From the NCBI GenBank assembly GCA_054661495.1, contig BAAFSQ010000122.1:1-28508 (forward strand): a DNA stretch of 28,508 bases. The letters run 5' to 3'. Source of the DNA: Zygophlyctis sp. KS116. Its lineage: Eukaryota > Fungi > Chytridiomycota. The notes beneath the pieces are model-generated. The model ran no database searches. It was not told the DNA's origin and saw only the letters and a list, made by a program, of their open reading frames with translations. Of the stretch, positions 24,258 through 28,508 are shown in pieces. How positions within the stretch are numbered: position 1 is the stretch's first letter; each line of letters begins with the position of its first letter. The position numbers were made by a program, and so were the translations under genes.

Positions 24258-24860
24258 ATGTTCAAATTCCTTCAAAAACGATTTTATGAAATTCCAATTA
24301 ATCAGGCCAAAAGAGGACAGATCATTTCTTATAATTCAAAACTAGTAGAAATTCTGTCCACTTCTCATTCACAGCAAGGACGATCGGGATCGCACTATAA
24401 ATTAGAATTTAAAGATGTACAATCAGGAGCTAAAACAGTCCAAAGATTTCAATCGAATGCAGTCTGTGAAGGTGTGCAATTGGATGAAAAAACTTTGAAT
24501 TTTCTTTATCAAAACGATCATTTAGTAGTTGCTATAGATCCAGTTACTTTTGAAGAATTTGAATTTCCTGCTTCTCTAGTTCAAGGAGGTTCAAAAATTA
24601 TTGATTTTCTAAATTCAGAGTCTCAACTAAAAATTAAAATTTATCAAGGAAAACCTATACTAGCAGTCCCTCCTGCTAAAGGAATGTTTAAAGTTAAATT
24701 CACTGGTCCGGTAGGTTCAGAAAAAAGAGAAAAAGTCTTGTTCAAGAGGGCTCAACTAGATAATGATGTTGAAATTATGGTACCGGAATTTATTTCAACT
24801 GGTGACCAGATAGTTGTGTCTATTAGCGATCAAAAGTATCTATCTAAATACAAGAATTGA
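24258..24860 (+). CDS. efp: Bacterial-type elongation factor P, probably mitochondrial
   Basis: KRGQIISYN, HSQQGRSGSHYKLEFKDVQSG, QRF, FLYQND, DPVTFEE, FKRAQLDNDVEIMVPEFISTGDQIVV...YLSK; short basic N-terminus. Confidence 0.85.
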   Translation: MFKFLQKRFYEIPINQAKRGQIISYNSKLVEILSTSHSQQGRSGSHYKLEFKDVQSGAKTVQRFQSNAVCEGVQLDEKTLNFLYQNDHLVVAIDPVTFEEFEFPASLVQGGSKIIDFLNSESQLKIKIYQGKPILAVPPAKGMFKVKFTGPVGSEKREKVLFKRAQLDNDVEIMVPEFISTGDQIVVSISDQKYLSKYKN

Positions 24861-24863
24861 AAT

Positions 24864-26639
24864 CTAATAATGAGAAGGTGGTAAAATGGTGGTTTCACGC
24901 ATTAATGGTACTACTGAATTGTTTGCAGGTTCAAGGATCTTGAAGGAACACATTAATTTTTCATCAACTAAAAATTTAAATAAATTAGAATTACCAGTCA
25001 TTATTGCTCTACAGGTTAGAAATTTTTTTATAAATGTCAATTAAAAAGTAAAACTTACCCCTTATTATCTAAAAATTAGTATATTTTAAATTTACCAAAC
25101 TCTCCACAATAATTAGGAGCAGTGAATACAGTCACTAATTTACGATCATTGAAAAATTCATATCCATCTTCTACAACCATGTGTGCTCTACAAACCAAAT
25201 CTATTGAAAAGGTTTTTAGAAAAGTATTGACTGCACTTTTGCCAAAATCTAAATTTAGACAAATTAAAATTTACAAAAACTGACTCCACGGTCGTTTTCT
25301 GCCCATTCTTCTATAGCCTTTTAGTTAACGCTGATTAAAGTTACGTCGCTAGGATCAGACCATAGTAAATCTAAAAATAAATTGTTTTCAAAATTACCAT
25401 TCAGTAATCCAGATGATGGAACATCACAAGGCCTTTTCATGCTTCTTATTTGGTCAAAATTAGACAATTCTGGAGATAATCCACCATGAACGCAAAAAAT
25501 TTTATCAGAAATTAAAGCTGCAATTGGAAGACAATTAAAAACATTTGTAAAAGTCTTCCACACCTTGACATTAGTTCTCCTTTTGCATTCATCAAAAAAT
25601 CCATATACTATTTGCATTTGCATAATTAAAGTTACCTTTATTTACAGATGCACATTCATGATTACCACGAAGAATAAAAAAGTTTTCAGGATATTTAATT
25701 TTAAAACACATGAGAAGCAGAATGGTTTCTAAAGACTGTTTACCCCGATCCACATAGTCTCCTAAAAAAAGATAATTTGAATTTGGCGGATATCCACACA
25801 TTTCAAAAATACGAATTAGATCATCATACTGACCATGAACATCCCCTAAAAATTAGATTGAAGTTTTTCAATTTACCACAAACATTAACAGGACCAGTAA
25901 TCTCCAAAAGATTTGGCTGCGACATTACTACTTCTAAACAGCTCCTACAAACCCATTCAATATGTGACTTTGGAATATCTACTGCACGTCTTTGTACTTT
26001 AACCCCCCGATGAGATAAAAGATTTTTAATGATCCCATCCAAGGAAATTCCTTCATCTTCTTTTCTAAATAATGTTGTCGCTTTTTTCTTCAACTTTGAA
26101 ACTAAATCTAAATCTTCCTTTCCTTTACTAACTGGATCAATTATAAAACTACTATTATTTGAAGGAATTTCATTTGAAGTCAATACTGGAGCCCACAGTA
26201 ATGCCTCTGATGACGTAGCAGCTTCTGGAGATTGAGTAGCTAATGAATTTTCACTTTTTGTATTTGTATCTGTAGAAATAGGATCTGGTTGTGAATCTAA
26301 ATTAGAATTTGTAACAATTGGCTCATTGTGTGCCTTGTCGATAGAAGAAACAGACCCATTGCTTTCCCCAACTTCAGAGTTTTCAGTTAATGCACCAGCT
26401 TCACTAATCATCAAATCTATTGTGCCTTCATCCAGCGCCGGTGGAGCAACGGACCCACGCCTGGAAAGTCTTTTGGGTGACTGATGTACTTGATTTTCTC
26501 CCACTGCAGCAGTAAAAAGAGTCTTTTCTGTAGATGTATCCTTTAGAATACTTTTAATATTTGACAAATTTGCATCGACAGCCCCAGGGATAGCCACTCG
26601 GCTTTCTGTTTTCTCTGGAGAAGAAGCCTGGTTTCCCAT
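24864..26639 (-). CDS. PP1-family Ser/Thr phosphatase with N-terminal extension (PPZ-like)
   Basis: MGNQASS myristoylation-type start; Ser-rich extension; [59 protein letters not shown]; many small introns. Confidence 0.9.
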
Positions 26640-26926
26640 TCAAAATGAAAATTTATTGAAAAAATTTGACGACGCGAGTTTTTTGTGTCCGGATATTGTG
26701 TTGTACACTTTATCAAAGGGGAGAATGCATTCCCAATTTAGTTGAAAACTCTAGCTTTGATCTCTTTTGGAATTTCTTCCATTCCTCTTTTAAAGTTACC
26801 CATCATAAACATTTTTATGTAAAAATGGAAAATATCTAGCAGCATTAATTCCAAATGATAATCCCAAAATTATCCAAATAATTTTGTATCTAAAATCTTT
26901 AATTGTGATTTTATAAAACAGAAAAT

Positions 26927-28508
26927 TTATTCCAACCTGAATAATCGTAAATGGGATTTAATAATTAAATCCCATTTACGATGAGGTCTATCTCTAATTT
27001 GTTTTTTCATTGCCTCGGGATCAGAGATAAACATGGCCAATTCTGTCAAAGAACCATACAAATCAATCAATGCTTCCTTTCCAAGAAGAATCATATTATC
27101 AGGCATATTATTCAAGTGTGTATCACCAATACCAAGACTCGAGGATGATAAGACATGACGATGAGCAACATGAATATAGTGCCATTCAATTTTCATCCTA
27201 GTCTTCTTAAACTCTTCCAAAGATTCTAAATATTCAACTGCTTTCTTACATTTATCATATTTTCCATTGATAACCTTCCAGTAATCTACTGCAGGCGATT
27301 TATTGTCCAGACTAGAGTACCGGACTTCAATCAATGACATATGAATGGTGTTTGGTTTATCAATGCAAATTGAGGGGATTAATAGATCAAAGCCCGGATT
27401 ATTTCCCCCATAATGAATCACTTGACTCAAATATTCTTTTTTGTCACAGTTTATCTGTTTGACAAGAAATAAACAATCCTCTCTAAATGTGACTTTCTTA
27501 GATAAAAGATGATAGTTATCCTGAACAGATAAGCATATATCTTGGAATTTTGGTGATGTGATCACCTTGGAGGACTTGTAAATTTCCTTCACATACATAC
27601 TTGACTTATTAAACAAGTCTCTGGAGAGAGCTTCCCAAACACCATGAAAAATTTCAAAGTTTTCACCACCAAAGTCGCGAGTTTCAAAACCACGAATACA
27701 ACTTTCTAACTGCCCATACAAATTTAGATCATAATTACGTATATAGAAAAGCAATAAAATAGGAGGCATTTTGGCAATTGCAGATTCAAAAGTATTGCAA
27801 TATATTCCATTGGAAATGGCTGACTGAAAAACCAAATGACTGCTTTCCGAAAGCTCCTGATATAATCCCAATTTAGATTGAAGGATAACAGGTCTCAAGA
27901 AGTCTTTAAACGTACTCGGGCAACCATTCAATTTCACTTCAGTATACATATTTGAGAGTTTTTGTACTTGACGAAGTAAATTTTGGAGAACCTGGCCGGG
28001 CGAATTCTCTAGAATTTTAAGTATAGTTTCCAAGATTTTTGGATGTCCACCAGCACTCAGTAGCAATGCAACTTTAGCGAAATCCAGATCATCAATATTT
28101 ACCAGTTTATCCAATGATTCCAATGGCGTAAGGAAAAATTTCTAGAAAATTATCCCATTTTTTACTTACGTTAACACTACGCTGGGATCTTGACCCTATC
28201 GATAAGGACGTTTTCCATTCAAAAGAGCTACAAATAAAATTAAATGTCTCAAATTGCAACAGATTTGATATTGGCGCAACAAGTCTATACATATCTACAC
28301 CGCCTGTTGTGAAGGGAATATTGATTTCATCCAAGCAGAGGAAAATATTAGGTTTTCCAGAATCATTAGCAATCATTTGTATTGCATATGATATATCAAT
28401 TGGAAAGGAAGAAAAGTTTTTTCTGAGCTCGTCCTGAAACTGTTTCCATGATACTTTTCTCGAATCTATAAAATAACTTGAGTTAGCTCGTATATAATTA
28501 CGAGTATA
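26927..28508 (-). CDS. Partial (5' end outside window) P-loop NTPase plus PD-(D/E)xK nuclease protein, Crinkler-effector-like
   Basis: Frame is open to the window edge. Walker B IFLCLDE; FLTPL after intron 28142-28169; GGHPK.LE; C-terminal NNPGFDLL...LIEVRYS. Confidence 0.65.
26944..26982. repeat. Perfect inverted repeat with 19-bp arms and a 1-nt spacer
   Basis: ATCGTAAATGGGATTTAAT-A-ATTAAATCCCATTTACGAT. Confidence 0.95.

Noticed and set aside
26927-26982. Definite Helitron 3' end or bacterial terminator
   Set aside because: There is no properly placed CTRR end, no U-tract and no Rep/helicase in the window. It is kept only as an unexplained palindrome.

Overview
This is eukaryotic nuclear DNA, not prokaryotic: AT-rich, extremely gene-dense (about 23 genes in 28.5 kb) and interrupted by very small GT-AG introns, mostly 25-34 nt, which explains the fragmented ORF track. 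Gene content (KilA-N/APSES factor, PPZ-type phosphatase, Vfa1, Scm3, Crinkler-like NTPase-nuclease, plus RING1, Lines and EF-P) suggests an early-diverging, probably chytrid-like fungus (inference). Gene order after manual splicing: ILV5(+), SMC5(+), BolA(+), U1-70K(-), small hypothetical(-), RING1/RNF2-like PRC1 E3(+), AMPK/MARK-like kinase(-), GCN5(-), SCM3(-), VFA1(-), FYV7-like(+), Sel1-repeat protein(+), MFAP1(+), COG3(-), GNAT(-), ATG5(-), NBP35(-), SYF2(+), Lines homologue(+), KilA-N factor(-), EF-P(+), PPZ-like phosphatase(-), partial CRN-like gene(-). Highlights: a RING+RAWUL Polycomb PRC1 subunit in a fungus; two operon-like ATGA stop/start overlaps; a KilA-N gene whose own promoter is packed with MCB/SCB sites; tiny introns and microexons; CpG-poor, CTAG-rich, intron-poor domains; a perfect 39-bp palindrome at the end of the CRN-like gene. 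All family calls come from recognising motifs by eye; no searches were run.
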